From a virus: 64,000 nt of DNA. A program made the position numbers and the translations under genes. Each line of letters begins with the position of its first letter. Position 1 is the stretch's first letter. The stretch lies in IMG/VR virus record IMGVR_UViG_3300009512_000010, positions 32,001 through 96,000 of that record. One strand, 5' to 3'. A model generated the notes under the pieces. It saw only the letters and a list, made by a program, of their open reading frames with translations, searched no databases and was not told the DNA's origin. Shown piece by piece: positions 17,021 through 26,373 of the stretch.

Positions 17021-18673
17021 TTACGCCTCACATGCCGCACAGTTCATGATATCTCGTACCAATTCCTGAGCTGGGTTAGCTGATCGTTGGTAATAGAACG
17101 TCTTGACGCCCAACTTCCAACCTTCGATAATCAAAGCATTGACATCTTTTGCTGGTACATCGGGATGGATCAGAATGTTCAAGCTCTGTGCCTGATCGAT
17201 ATACTTCTGTCGAGCACCTGCTTGCTGTACAATGACCAATGGTGCAATCTCTGAGAATGTCTTAAAGACAGCTTTCTCTTCATCAGACAAGAAGTCTAGT
17301 TGTTGTACGGATCCACCGTGCTTCAGAATGTCCAACCAAGTCTTATCATCATTCTTACCATGCTTTGTCAGAACATCATCAAGATATGGGTTGCGGTATG
17401 TAAACTTACCTTTAGCCAAGTCTTTGGTGAAGTAGTTAGAAGCCAATGGTTCGATAGAAGGTGACACTTGACCTAAGATGAAAGACGAACTTGTTGTCGG
17501 AGCAATTGCACATGTAGTCAGGTTGCGCATACCATAACCAAGCATACCTTCTGGTTCACCATATTCAATAGCAAGTTCTTTAGATGCCGCCCAAGAACGG
17601 TCTTGAATGAACTTAGAGATCTCAACAGTTAGGATGTGTGCATCAAACGACTCAAATGGGATCATCTTAGACTGTAGGTACGAATGCCAACCAAGTTGAC
17701 CTAGACCCAAAGCTCTCCAACGTCGAGCAAACTTGTTAGACGAACCCATGAATGGAACATCATCAGTCTTCTCAATGTATTCTTCCATGACAGCATCAAG
17801 GAACCAAATCATTGTCTCAACAGCGTCTGTCTCTTTCCACTCATCATACTTCAGTACGTTCATAGATGCTAGGTTGCACACAAACGATTCATCTTCTGAA
17901 GATGGTAGTGCAATCTCTGAACATAAGTTAGATGCCCAAATCTTGATACCCTGATCACGCAATGCTTTTGGTGCGGCATTATTAATCGTATCTTTAAAGA
18001 ACAAATAAGGATAGCCACTCTCACGGCGTTTGCGTAGGATACGTGCCCAAACAGTACGCTTGTCCTGATCACCGTCGATCATAGACTGCATCCACTCATC
18101 ACCAATACAAACACCAAGGCTTAGATTGATGATAGAGGATCCCTCTTCACGTGCATCTAGGAACTCCATGATGTCAGGAGATTCAACATCAAGATATGCC
18201 GCCATGGATCCACGACGAACATTACCCTGTGCCACAACATCAACTGTTGTTTCCCATAGGTTCATAAAGTGTACAGGACCATCGGCTGTACCACCACTCT
18301 TAATAGGAGCACCTCGGTGACGTAGTGCACCAAAGTATGCAGATGTGCCTGCACCCATCTTAGTCTGCATACCAACTTCTGCAACCTTAGCTAAGATCGA
18401 TGGCATGTTGTCCTCTACCTTAACCCCATTGCATGAGATTGGTAGTCCTTTACTTGTAGCATAGTTTGCCCACACAGGAGAAGACAATGAATAGAAGCCA
18501 CGACTCATATAGTCGTAGAACTTATCAGCCCATCCTGTGCCTTCCAAGCCAAGAGATTTCTCCCCAGCTTGTGCAATATTTCTTGTTCTTTCTTCAACGG
18601 TCATATTACCGTCGATGTATCCACGGCTCAAAAACTTCCGTGAATCATCATTTGCCCATTCGAAACCCATCAT
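17021..18673 (-). CDS. nrdA: ribonucleotide reductase class I alpha subunit (no ATP cone)
   Basis: PISC, SNLCSEI, APTTSSS, KTFYY, C-terminal CAACEA. Confidence 0.95.
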   Translation of the reverse strand: MMGFEWANDDSRKFLSRGYIDGNMTVEERTRNIAQAGEKSLGLEGTGWADKFYDYMSRGFYSLSSPVWANYATSKGLPISCNGVKVEDNMPSILAKVAEVGMQTKMGAGTSAYFGALRHRGAPIKSGGTADGPVHFMNLWETTVDVVAQGNVRRGSMAAYLDVESPDIMEFLDAREEGSSIINLSLGVCIGDEWMQSMIDGDQDKRTVWARILRKRRESGYPYLFFKDTINNAAPKALRDQGIKIWASNLCSEIALPSSEDESFVCNLASMNVLKYDEWKETDAVETMIWFLDAVMEEYIEKTDDVPFMGSSNKFARRWRALGLGQLGWHSYLQSKMIPFESFDAHILTVEISKFIQDRSWAASKELAIEYGEPEGMLGYGMRNLTTCAIAPTTSSSFILGQVSPSIEPLASNYFTKDLAKGKFTYRNPYLDDVLTKHGKNDDKTWLDILKHGGSVQQLDFLSDEEKAVFKTFSEIAPLVIVQQAGARQKYIDQAQSLNILIHPDVPAKDVNALIIEGWKLGVKTFYYQRSANPAQELVRDIMNCAACEA

Positions 18674-18680
18674 ATATCCT

Positions 18681-19652
18681 CTAAAATAAATCGTCTGCGG
18701 AGATGCCTTTACCCTTTGCATACTCAACAGGTCTCTTCTGAAAGAAGTCTGTCATGTTTGCGCCAAATAGTTCTTCATCAAACCAGAACGTTTGCTTAAT
18801 GTGATCATCGTCATAAACGATTTCACTGCTATCTATGCCAATTGAATCCATGCTATCTGACATGCGTTTCGCAATGAAAGACTTTAGGATATCAGCACTT
18901 AGACCATCGGCGGTGTGTCCGTCCATAATCCACTCAATAACTTTACTCTCAGCCTTCAAAGACTCAATGCACTCATGCTTGATACGCTCTTCTAGCTCTT
19001 CGTCAAACAGTTCTGGATACTCTTCACGCAATGTCTGGATCAGCTTGATGCCAACTTGAGCATGCAACATCTCTTCGTTACGTGTGTATTGTACTTGTTG
19101 TGCACAGTCCTTCATTACCGCTTTGTTGCGATTCATGTGCATGATAATGTAGAACTGTGAGAACAAACTAACATTTTCCACAAACAATGTAAAGAGGATA
19201 ATTGAGTAGATGTACTGCTTTCGGTCATCAGCATATACTTTTTTATTGTATTTACGTAGGTAATCTACACGACCCTTTACGACCTCTACATTGAGGTTCT
19301 CTTCGAATACATGGGTGAGGTGTAGAACATCTAAGATCTTTTCATAAGCCATGTTGTGAATGACTTCTGAGTTCGCCATAGCGTAACCTAGATCTTTAAT
19401 TGATGGGTGTGGTAGGTTGTTACCTACGTCTGCCCAAAATGATTTAACCGCAATTTCAATCTGTCCAATAGCGGACATTGTTTTGACAACAACTTGTTGT
19501 TCTGCTGGGGTTAAATCATTTTTGAATTGGGAATAGTCTGAGCGGAAATTGAATTCTTCGGGTGTCCAAAAGCCTTTCCAAATCGCCTCAATGAACTGTT
19601 TAGTCCAAGGGTATTGATCAGGCTTTCGTGAGATTTGTTCTTCGAACAACAT
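18681..19652 (-). CDS. nrdB: ribonucleotide reductase class I beta subunit (class Id-like)
   Basis: FWTPEE, QIEIAVK, EVIHNMAY, VENVSLF, EEMLH, DFFQKRPVEY. Confidence 0.93.
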   Translation of the reverse strand: MLFEEQISRKPDQYPWTKQFIEAIWKGFWTPEEFNFRSDYSQFKNDLTPAEQQVVVKTMSAIGQIEIAVKSFWADVGNNLPHPSIKDLGYAMANSEVIHNMAYEKILDVLHLTHVFEENLNVEVVKGRVDYLRKYNKKVYADDRKQYIYSIILFTLFVENVSLFSQFYIIMHMNRNKAVMKDCAQQVQYTRNEEMLHAQVGIKLIQTLREEYPELFDEELEERIKHECIESLKAESKVIEWIMDGHTADGLSADILKSFIAKRMSDSMDSIGIDSSEIVYDDDHIKQTFWFDEELFGANMTDFFQKRPVEYAKGKGISADDLF

Positions 19653-19706
19653 AAACGGCGTCTCCATAGAAAATGGGATGAGAGAATACTCACCCCAGTT
19701 GGTAGT

Positions 19707-19735
19707 AGTATATAGCATGTTGGGTAGTTTGTAAA
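19707..19735 (-). promoter_or_regulatory. sigma70 promoter of nrdBA
   Basis: TTTACA-17-TATACT. Confidence 0.65.
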
Positions 19736-19780
19736 TAGCTAAATGTAGTAGATAATCAAATTAATGTACTACATGTGACA

Positions 19781-20146
19781 CTAAGGCTCAGATGGTGTTA
19801 GAGCTTCTTCATAGTAGCCTACAACAGCCTGTGTGTCTTTGATATATCGGCGTAGATCCCCAATACCCAAGGCAAGGTTTTCATATCCTTTAGGTGTAAT
19901 AGCAAAGAAGACTGGTTGTCCAGTATCGTTTTGAACTCTCTCTAGGAATTCCTCAACGTTATCTCCGTTAACCACATACCAATCCACAGGTGGCATTGAT
20001 ACACCTTTGGGACGTGCTTGGATAGGCACCGATTGCTCCACAAACTCTGTCTGTGTAATGATTTTTGGTTCGATTAGTCGAGACGCCGCACCACAGTTAA
20101 TCAGCAGTAGCGGTGCTGTCAACAGGAGGAGATGTCTCAGTTTCAA
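19781..20146 (-). CDS. o-spanin (Rz1-like lipoprotein)
   Basis: Hydrophobic leader with LLINC lipobox, Pro-rich segment, overlaps the i-spanin 3' end; start uncertain. Confidence 0.7.
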   Translation of the reverse strand: MKLRHLLLLTAPLLLINCGAASRLIEPKIITQTEFVEQSVPIQARPKGVSMPPVDWYVVNGDNVEEFLERVQNDTGQPVFFAITPKGYENLALGIGDLRRYIKDTQAVVGYYEEALTPSEP

Positions 20147-20501
20147 TTCTTTTAATAAGTTTAGCGACTGCATTGTCAACCCTTTCTTCCAAACCCTGTG
20201 GGTTTGTTATAGCTTCCATAGTTAAATCAATCTTCGAGAACTTGTTTCTCAAAGCGTCCAAGTGCACCTGTGAGTTCTGTAGTGCTTTAGATAGGTTTGC
20301 GTTCAATTCTTCATTACGTTCCGCATTCTCTGTCATCGTTTTGATGGTGTTAGCTTGTGTGACCGTAACGGCCTCTAGCTTCACATTGTTCTCACGAAGA
20401 GTATTCATAGTTTCTTGGCTCCATAGGTAGTATTTGTAACCACCATATCCAGCCGATCCCATAATCCCTACGACTATAAGAAATAGATATACTTTAATCA
20501 T
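20097..20501 (-). CDS. i-spanin (Rz-like)
   Basis: N-terminal TM helix followed by a long coiled coil; overlaps the lipoprotein gene. Confidence 0.7.
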   Translation of the reverse strand: MIKVYLFLIVVGIMGSAGYGGYKYYLWSQETMNTLRENNVKLEAVTVTQANTIKTMTENAERNEELNANLSKALQNSQVHLDALRNKFSKIDLTMEAITNPQGLEERVDNAVAKLIKRIETETSPPVDSTATAD

Positions 20502-20670
20502 AACTCAATCCTTCCACAAACTTCCTAAACCGCTTTAGCAGTACAGGTTGTTTCTTCTTTGAATGTCTTTTGTCAGTTACATTGATCTCTTTAGGCTTAG
20601 GCAATGCATTCGGTGCCATGTCCACGCCACCATGAGCGATAGAGTTAGTCGGTGCATCTTCTTTAATCAT
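20494..20670 (-). CDS. small probable virion protein (58 aa)
   Basis: Manual translation MIKEDAPTNS...; coupled to both neighbours. Confidence 0.55.
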   Translation of the reverse strand: MIKEDAPTNSIAHGGVDMAPNALPKPKEINVTDKRHSKKKQPVLLKRFRKFVEGLSYD

Positions 20671-21227
20671 CTGATTAGTTCCCCTGCCGTTATATAGATA
20701 TTCTTACCTGTTCGCATATGAGTTACCTCATAGATGTCTAATCCTAGAACTTCGCCAACAGGGAATGTATCTTCTTTAATTCGTACTTGATCTCTTTTGA
20801 TAACAACTTCATCACAAGTTTCGTTGATTACCTTGCTTCCGTTCACCCTAAACACTCCGGGAGACAGTTGCTTGTTTTCCAAAACAAACCACTCACTGGA
20901 CTCTGCTACCATATCAACTGGATCTATCCCACTCTCTTTGAGGATCTTGTCAAAGCAGGTTACTCCATACTTCTCCTTTAAAAGGAATAGTGCGGCGGCA
21001 TATGAGCCAAATCGTTTTCCGGGCAAAAGCCTCTTGATGTTGAACACGAGCTTGTGAAAAGCATTATAAACATTCTTGTCTTCTGGTGTGACTGCTTTCT
21101 TTATAACTTTCCCCGAACCGTCAATAAGACCTGCTTCGAATGCACCTGTGTTTTCCCAAGGCGTGGTTAGTAGCCTCAGAAAGCGCAAGGTGTATACTAG
21201 ATCTCCTGCTCTGGATAGAATGCCCAT
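20667..21227 (-). CDS. conserved T4-like hypothetical protein
   Basis: RFLRLLTTPWE..AF..GLID..G...FHKLVFNIKRL pattern. Confidence 0.7.
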   Translation of the reverse strand: MGILSRAGDLVYTLRFLRLLTTPWENTGAFEAGLIDGSGKVIKKAVTPEDKNVYNAFHKLVFNIKRLLPGKRFGSYAAALFLLKEKYGVTCFDKILKESGIDPVDMVAESSEWFVLENKQLSPGVFRVNGSKVINETCDEVVIKRDQVRIKEDTFPVGEVLGLDIYEVTHMRTGKNIYITAGELIR

Positions 21228-21590
21228 TTAGATGTTCCTCAACCTTTCGACCACTTGTGGATCCATAGGCGTATTTGTTATTTCGTCGTTTTTAATGTAT
21301 CTTAGAAAAACTAAGAATGGTTTTATCACACTCATCTGACTATCTGTCAGTTTAATCTTCAACATATTAACACCCGGTGTGATACCAAACACATTATGAA
21401 TGACTATCAAGTGATTGAGTATTAAGCGGTCAGCTAGGTAATCTGTTTCGATATACCTATTCACCAACCGCTTAATATACTTAAGTCGTTTTAAGTCCTC
21501 TATGAATTCCTCATGATCTGAACCAAGTGGATTGTAGTAATGCTTGGCGGCATATAGTGGGATGTTATCCTCAGTTAATTGCATTTCCAT
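21228..21590 (-). CDS. conserved T4-like hypothetical protein
   Basis: YAAKHYYNP...EFIEDLKRLKYIKRL...RLILNH. Confidence 0.7.
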   Translation of the reverse strand: MEMQLTEDNIPLYAAKHYYNPLGSDHEEFIEDLKRLKYIKRLVNRYIETDYLADRLILNHLIVIHNVFGITPGVNMLKIKLTDSQMSVIKPFLVFLRYIKNDEITNTPMDPQVVERLRNI

Positions 21591-21606
21591 AGATTGTTCA
21601 CTTTGA

Positions 21607-21942
21607 TTAGGAGAATTTAATTGCTTTCTTAACACTATCTATCAAAGTTTTTTTACCCTTTCGGCGGTCAAGTTCGATACCATTTTGACGCCCAAGAGCC
21701 TCAAGTTGTACCTTAGTCATACTATCCAAGTCGCCTGCAACAGGAGCTTCAGTCAACATAGAAGGTTCTGGTGTTTGTGGAACTTCCACGATCACTTCGG
21801 GTTCACCGTTCATATGGTTCATGTACTCGTCTACCTGTTCTTGAGTGAAGCGCATAGGCTTCAAGATTTCTCTACGTGCGTGGTGTTTCCAACCACGTAC
21901 TGTTGGAACTGCCTTTGAGCACCATTGTGGGGGTTTAATCAT
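21607..21942 (-). CDS. hypothetical protein with C-terminal SAP/Rho-N-like helical motif
   Basis: LDSMTKVQLEALGRQNGIELDRRKGKKTLI. Confidence 0.65.
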   Translation of the reverse strand: MIKPPQWCSKAVPTVRGWKHHARREILKPMRFTQEQVDEYMNHMNGEPEVIVEVPQTPEPSMLTEAPVAGDLDSMTKVQLEALGRQNGIELDRRKGKKTLIDSVKKAIKFS

Positions 21943-22887
21943 TTACATCCTTCCTTCTGGCTTATCCGCCTTCAAGTCGCCTTGCTTATTGTCGCCTGGA
22001 CGAAGTGGAGCGGCTTTCATTGGGTTATCAATAGCATGTTTATTCTTAGCCATTGCAATTGTAATATCGGCTTTATCTGCTTGCCTGTCTGCCGTGCCCA
22101 TCTTCTCATGGTCATCAACAAACTTCTTTTCTTCACCAGATTGATTATCTTCTGGATCCATAGCTTTAACAGAGTTCTTAGTTTGATCACCACGAACCTT
22201 TTCCATGATACGATTGTATACAGTCCACTTAGTATTTTCTGTTTTGGTTTCTGTTTTGGTTTCTGCTTTAGGATTCATAACAGCCTTCTCAGCACCACCC
22301 TTTTCAACATCAGGGTTCTTTGGGCAATCCTTAGCATGGTTCTCTGTAGATCCATCGCATTCACTACAAGGAGTAGTTTCATCTGCTTCTTCGGTATAAG
22401 CTTTAAGAGACTTACGGCGACCAGATTTCACATGGCGACCCATAGCATCAGCATGCGCTTTATCTTTTGCACGTTGAATTTTAATGGAATCTCCACCCAT
22501 CTTTGGAGCACCTTTGCGACGAGCGGCTTCTTCAAGATCGACCTCTTCTTTGGCAATAGATTTGCCAACAGCCTTACGGCGTTTATGAAGGTACTCATCA
22601 GACGAGTCAGTATCACCATCGTTGTCAAGATCTTTATCTTTACGATCTTTGAACTTCTTCTTAGCGGCTTTAGGATCTGCTTTATCTAGACCTTCGCCAT
22701 CATCGGACTTGTCGTTAGAAGCATCTTCTTCAACTTCTTCCTTCTTGTCCCACGGTGCCTTCTTAAGAGACACCTTGTCTTTTGGTTGAGCATCTTTAGC
22801 GGCTTTAGCCAATGCTCTTTGCTTTAGTGTAGCTTCTTGGACTTCTGCGTATGCATCGCCCAATCTGTTCATTACATCTTTTTCCAT
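21943..22887 (-). CDS. highly charged probable internal head/scaffold-like protein
   Basis: K/D/E-rich, DLDNDGDTDSSDEYL motif, multiple (V/L/I)xE sites. Confidence 0.6.
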   Translation of the reverse strand: MEKDVMNRLGDAYAEVQEATLKQRALAKAAKDAQPKDKVSLKKAPWDKKEEVEEDASNDKSDDGEGLDKADPKAAKKKFKDRKDKDLDNDGDTDSSDEYLHKRRKAVGKSIAKEEVDLEEAARRKGAPKMGGDSIKIQRAKDKAHADAMGRHVKSGRRKSLKAYTEEADETTPCSECDGSTENHAKDCPKNPDVEKGGAEKAVMNPKAETKTETKTENTKWTVYNRIMEKVRGDQTKNSVKAMDPEDNQSGEEKKFVDDHEKMGTADRQADKADITIAMAKNKHAIDNPMKAAPLRPGDNKQGDLKADKPEGRM

Positions 22888-22900
22888 GTGTGTTTTCCTT

Positions 22901-23176
22901 TTACATCCACAATTGGGCGGCAATTGATCCTGAGATAGCAACAACTGCTACCCAGAATAGTTTGTTAATGAGACCTACAGTTGCGGCATTGTCCGCAACC
23001 GACTTCTCTATATCATCCAGTTTCTGACTGAACTTATTCATTCTATCATAATTTGCAGAGTTCTTCAACTCCATTTGTATCAATTTCTCTTCGGTTCGTG
23101 CGATAGCTATCAGTGCGTCAGATAGTTTATCTATCTTCGCTTCAATTCTATCCAATCTGTGCAAGTCATCTGGCAT
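22901..23176 (-). CDS. coiled-coil protein with C-terminal TM (XhlA/holin-like)
   Basis: RLDRIEAKIDKL coiled coil plus hydrophobic C-terminus. Confidence 0.65.
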   Translation of the reverse strand: MPDDLHRLDRIEAKIDKLSDALIAIARTEEKLIQMELKNSANYDRMNKFSQKLDDIEKSVADNAATVGLINKLFWVAVVAISGSIAAQLWM

Positions 23177-23247
23177 ATTAATCCACTTTTCCCATTTTTA
23201 GGTTATTGTTACTACTACTGCTTTGGTCTTCTGGTCTTACGAACCAA

Positions 23248-24297
23248 TTACTTATTTCTTGGTGGTAGGGATTTGCTTTCTTGCATATTGTTATTACTAG
23301 ACCGAACAAGAGTGATGTCACTAGTATCATTGCGATCATACACACCATAGTCTTTATTGGCCTTCGGGGTTCTAAACGGATCATTTAGTTTAACCTTTCT
23401 ACCTTGATATTCCGCTTCTGTTATAAAACTTGCAAATGAATATTTGGTATCTGGTTTGGCTACATCTTCCTTAACATGTCCGCACACTTTACCACTAACC
23501 TTCTCCACTGACTCCAACCATTGACGTGTTCGTCCTTTGGCTGTGTCAACAATTAGGTAGTTAGCACCAAGCATTGAGATAGTTCCTACCTCATCGCTTT
23601 CTTTAATAATTACGGAATCTCCGAGCGAAAAGAGATCTCCATTTACAAAAGCTTCACGTTCTTCAGAGACTGACTCTAGTTCTACGTGATGCCTAAACGA
23701 TGCTTCTTCCTTAATGCCCATAGCATTACGAATATCGCTGAATAGCTTTTTCGCATCTGAATTACTTAATGGTTTGGGTACACCCTGTGAAAATGTGGTG
23801 AAGTCATTGGCCTTCGCACTTCCACGTTGTTTGCTAGAACTTTCTAAATCTGGATTTTCGCCAGCCGATACGACTGTGATCTTCTTAAAGTTATAGAAAC
23901 CATGTCTACCCTTGACACCGTTATATTTTTGTAGTAGAATCTCGAATTCGTTTACCCTCTCAGACCCAACAGTCATCACAACAGTCTTAAAACCCTCATC
24001 ATATAGCACAGTTGCTACATCTATAGGTTTCTTAACTTTAGTGTTGACCATGATCTGTCGAGCATGCTTGGGAAACATCTTTCGAGCATACTTAATCTTT
24101 TCTTTGTACAACAAAGGGTTCTTGTTCTTGTCTTGACTTTGTGACAAGTAAACCCTATACGGATTCCTACCCGCTTTAGCCGCTAGTTTATTCAATAGTT
24201 TGTCATGATCAATAGTCGGAGGATTCATTTCACCAAAAGTGAAATAAACAGCTTGCTCCTCTTCGACTAAGAACTGGCTAAATGATGCGAATGCCAT
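23248..24297 (-). CDS. cytidylyltransferase-like (HIGH-fold) virion-associated protein, degenerate
   Basis: FTFGEMNPPTIDH (HxGH-like), VGSERV.EF..LL.KYNG; N-terminal MAFASFSQFLVEE. Confidence 0.75.
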   Translation of the reverse strand: MAFASFSQFLVEEEQAVYFTFGEMNPPTIDHDKLLNKLAAKAGRNPYRVYLSQSQDKNKNPLLYKEKIKYARKMFPKHARQIMVNTKVKKPIDVATVLYDEGFKTVVMTVGSERVNEFEILLQKYNGVKGRHGFYNFKKITVVSAGENPDLESSSKQRGSAKANDFTTFSQGVPKPLSNSDAKKLFSDIRNAMGIKEEASFRHHVELESVSEEREAFVNGDLFSLGDSVIIKESDEVGTISMLGANYLIVDTAKGRTRQWLESVEKVSGKVCGHVKEDVAKPDTKYSFASFITEAEYQGRKVKLNDPFRTPKANKDYGVYDRNDTSDITLVRSSNNNMQESKSLPPRNK

Positions 24298-24302
24298 AAA
24301 GG

Positions 24303-25151
24303 TTACTTCTTTCCACGTTTTCTTGCTATCTCTGCTTTACGCACATCTTTCATCATACGCTTTGCTATATTATTTATACGTGGTCTCATCTTGTCTAAAC
24401 GCTTTTCGATCTCAGCCTTACGTGCTGGAGTCATGTCCTTTTTAGGACCATCCTTAGCAATCTTAAGAGCCATTTGAGTACGAGCCTGTCTTTGGGCACG
24501 TTTCTTCAACTTATCTGTAGAAGCAATCTTATTAGCGGCTTTACGTCTGCCCATTGCCATCTTGGTCTTGTTCTTACGAGCGGAAATACCCCGATCACGG
24601 CGTTGCTTGATATTTAGAACCTCATCCAGTTCTTCATTAGGAAACATCATAGCCGTTGCACGTGCAGTAGCTTCTGGTGTACCCTCTTGGTGTACGTTAG
24701 GATCATAATCCTCATCAAATTTGATATTTGGATACTTTTTACGGAAATCTGCATGATCTTTAGCGGCGGCTTTAGATCTAGCACTAGCATCCTTCTGATC
24801 TTTTTGGTTCTGAGAGTGTGTCTTATTTACAGACCTTGCGAATGCAGTACCCTTCACACCTTTGCGGTGTAACAGACCCTTATGACGAATACCTTCTTCT
24901 ACAGGATTGTCACGCATGCGTGGCTCTCTACGGTTCTCGCCCGGATCTTCGAGACGTAAGTTCTTAGGATCGTTGTTCAAAGGATCATTGTCCTTGTGCC
25001 CAACGTCTTTGCCCTTGACGTTCATCTTCTTAGCCATCAAACGTCGAGCTTTATTACGAGAAGATCTCTTCTCGATTTGCTCAGGTTTACCCTGATAGTT
25101 TTCGTATTCTTTGGCATAGTTTCGTTCTAAGAACAACTTAAACGTTTTCAT
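24303..25151 (-). CDS. basic probable internal head protein with N-terminal HNH-like domain
   Basis: MKTFKLFLE; DVGHKD...N...NLR...NR; very K/R-rich. Confidence 0.6.
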   Translation of the reverse strand: MKTFKLFLERNYAKEYENYQGKPEQIEKRSSRNKARRLMAKKMNVKGKDVGHKDNDPLNNDPKNLRLEDPGENRREPRMRDNPVEEGIRHKGLLHRKGVKGTAFARSVNKTHSQNQKDQKDASARSKAAAKDHADFRKKYPNIKFDEDYDPNVHQEGTPEATARATAMMFPNEELDEVLNIKQRRDRGISARKNKTKMAMGRRKAANKIASTDKLKKRAQRQARTQMALKIAKDGPKKDMTPARKAEIEKRLDKMRPRINNIAKRMMKDVRKAEIARKRGKK

Positions 25152-25442
25152 TTAACACTTCCACCTTCTAAGCGACATTGCTTTACGAGTTGGTCTACCC
25201 TTCTCGTCTTTCATAGGACCCTTCATTCCACTCATACGAGCACAGAATGATTTGCGGCGTCCAGCATCTTTACTGCCTGCTTTAACTTTGCCTGTAACGG
25301 CTGTTTTGAGTTTACTTCCTGGGTTCTTACGTCTATAGGCGGCGACACCTTTAGGGGTCATACCAGCACCATCTTTGGTTGCTATCTTGTGTCCCTTGGA
25401 ATCTTCCCCACGAGCTTCTCGTATTGCCTTAAACGTTTTCAT
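25152..25442 (-). CDS. small basic probable internal head protein
   Basis: MKTFKAIRE; GMTPKGVAAYRRKNPGSKL...RRKSFCARM. Confidence 0.65.
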   Translation of the reverse strand: MKTFKAIREARGEDSKGHKIATKDGAGMTPKGVAAYRRKNPGSKLKTAVTGKVKAGSKDAGRRKSFCARMSGMKGPMKDEKGRPTRKAMSLRRWKC

Positions 25443-25443
25443 G

Positions 25444-26337
25444 TTAACGTTTACTTTTTTGGTAAGCGTTGTACTCTTTACGGCGTTCTGCTTCGGCTTT
25501 CTTTTTTGCTGGAGTATCCTTTGACATGGATCCAGTCTTAACAACACCAGAGTTCTTAATACGATTGATAAGCTTCAAGTTCTCATCAAGAGATTCTTTG
25601 TACATATTCAATTCGTACTTACTGCCCATGTTATAGACTTGTACTTGAATAGCACCCTTGTCACCCTTTAGGCGATAGCTGTTTGTCTTACCATTTCCTG
25701 GTTTACGTGGGCCAGAAGCAACCTTGTCATCAATTTCACTAGGCTTAACGGTAATTCCGTAGTTCTTTTTGGCAGACGCATATGCGTGTTGCATAGCACC
25801 AGAGAAGTCTTTGTGGTAAATTTCGTATGGAGCTTTTTTGGCTTCAGATACTTGACGCAACATAGCTTCAGATAAAGCAGATTCCATTGCAGTTTTCTTA
25901 ACCAAGGCGTGAAACTGATCATCCCCTTTAACCTTATTAACAGCCTTTGACATAATCTTCCTGTGCTCAGGACCATTAAGCATTTGCTTGTATAGCTTAT
26001 CAAACTTCTTCTTTTGTGCAGAAGTCATTTCATCAAGTTCTACAGACTCAACAAATCCTTTGTCGCCCTGCTTCTTGCCATGGTTCATGACCTTTTTGCC
26101 AATAGGGGTAAGATTGCCCTTCTTGTCATACATTGTATTGACAAGCTTCTTTTCGGCGGCAGTGAGTTCTTGTACTACTTCTACCTCTTCTTTAGGCACA
26201 CAGTTAGGAACTTCTTTTCCACCCTTTTTCTTCATACCAACTTGTTTGTGACTATCCCAACAAGGATCGTCATTCTCATTAGTTGCCTTGAATTTAAGGT
26301 TCTCTAATAGCTTATCTTTGAATGTCATTTTAGTCAT
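25444..26337 (-). CDS. probable internal head protein (modular)
   Basis: MTFKDKLLE; DPCWxxxKQVGMKKKGGKEVPNCVP module; repeated LxE/VxE sites; late promoter upstream. Confidence 0.65.
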   Translation of the reverse strand: MTKMTFKDKLLENLKFKATNENDDPCWDSHKQVGMKKKGGKEVPNCVPKEEVEVVQELTAAEKKLVNTMYDKKGNLTPIGKKVMNHGKKQGDKGFVESVELDEMTSAQKKKFDKLYKQMLNGPEHRKIMSKAVNKVKGDDQFHALVKKTAMESALSEAMLRQVSEAKKAPYEIYHKDFSGAMQHAYASAKKNYGITVKPSEIDDKVASGPRKPGNGKTNSYRLKGDKGAIQVQVYNMGSKYELNMYKESLDENLKLINRIKNSGVVKTGSMSKDTPAKKKAEAERRKEYNAYQKSKR

Positions 26338-26373
26338 CTTTCCCAGAAGTTCCCATATCTTACGTTGTTAAGA

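Noticed and set aside
22236-22266. 12 bp tandem repeats inside coding regions (ETKTETKTE; also LSDGLSDGLS in gene 46)
   Set aside because: Short in-frame duplications in low-complexity or coiled-coil regions, with no sign of phase variation
21925-22689. 254 aa plus-strand ORF (also 30439-31056, 35141-35587, 36842-37279 and other plus-strand ORFs)
   Set aside because: Antisense shadows of well-supported minus-strand genes, with no RBS, promoter or recognisable motifs
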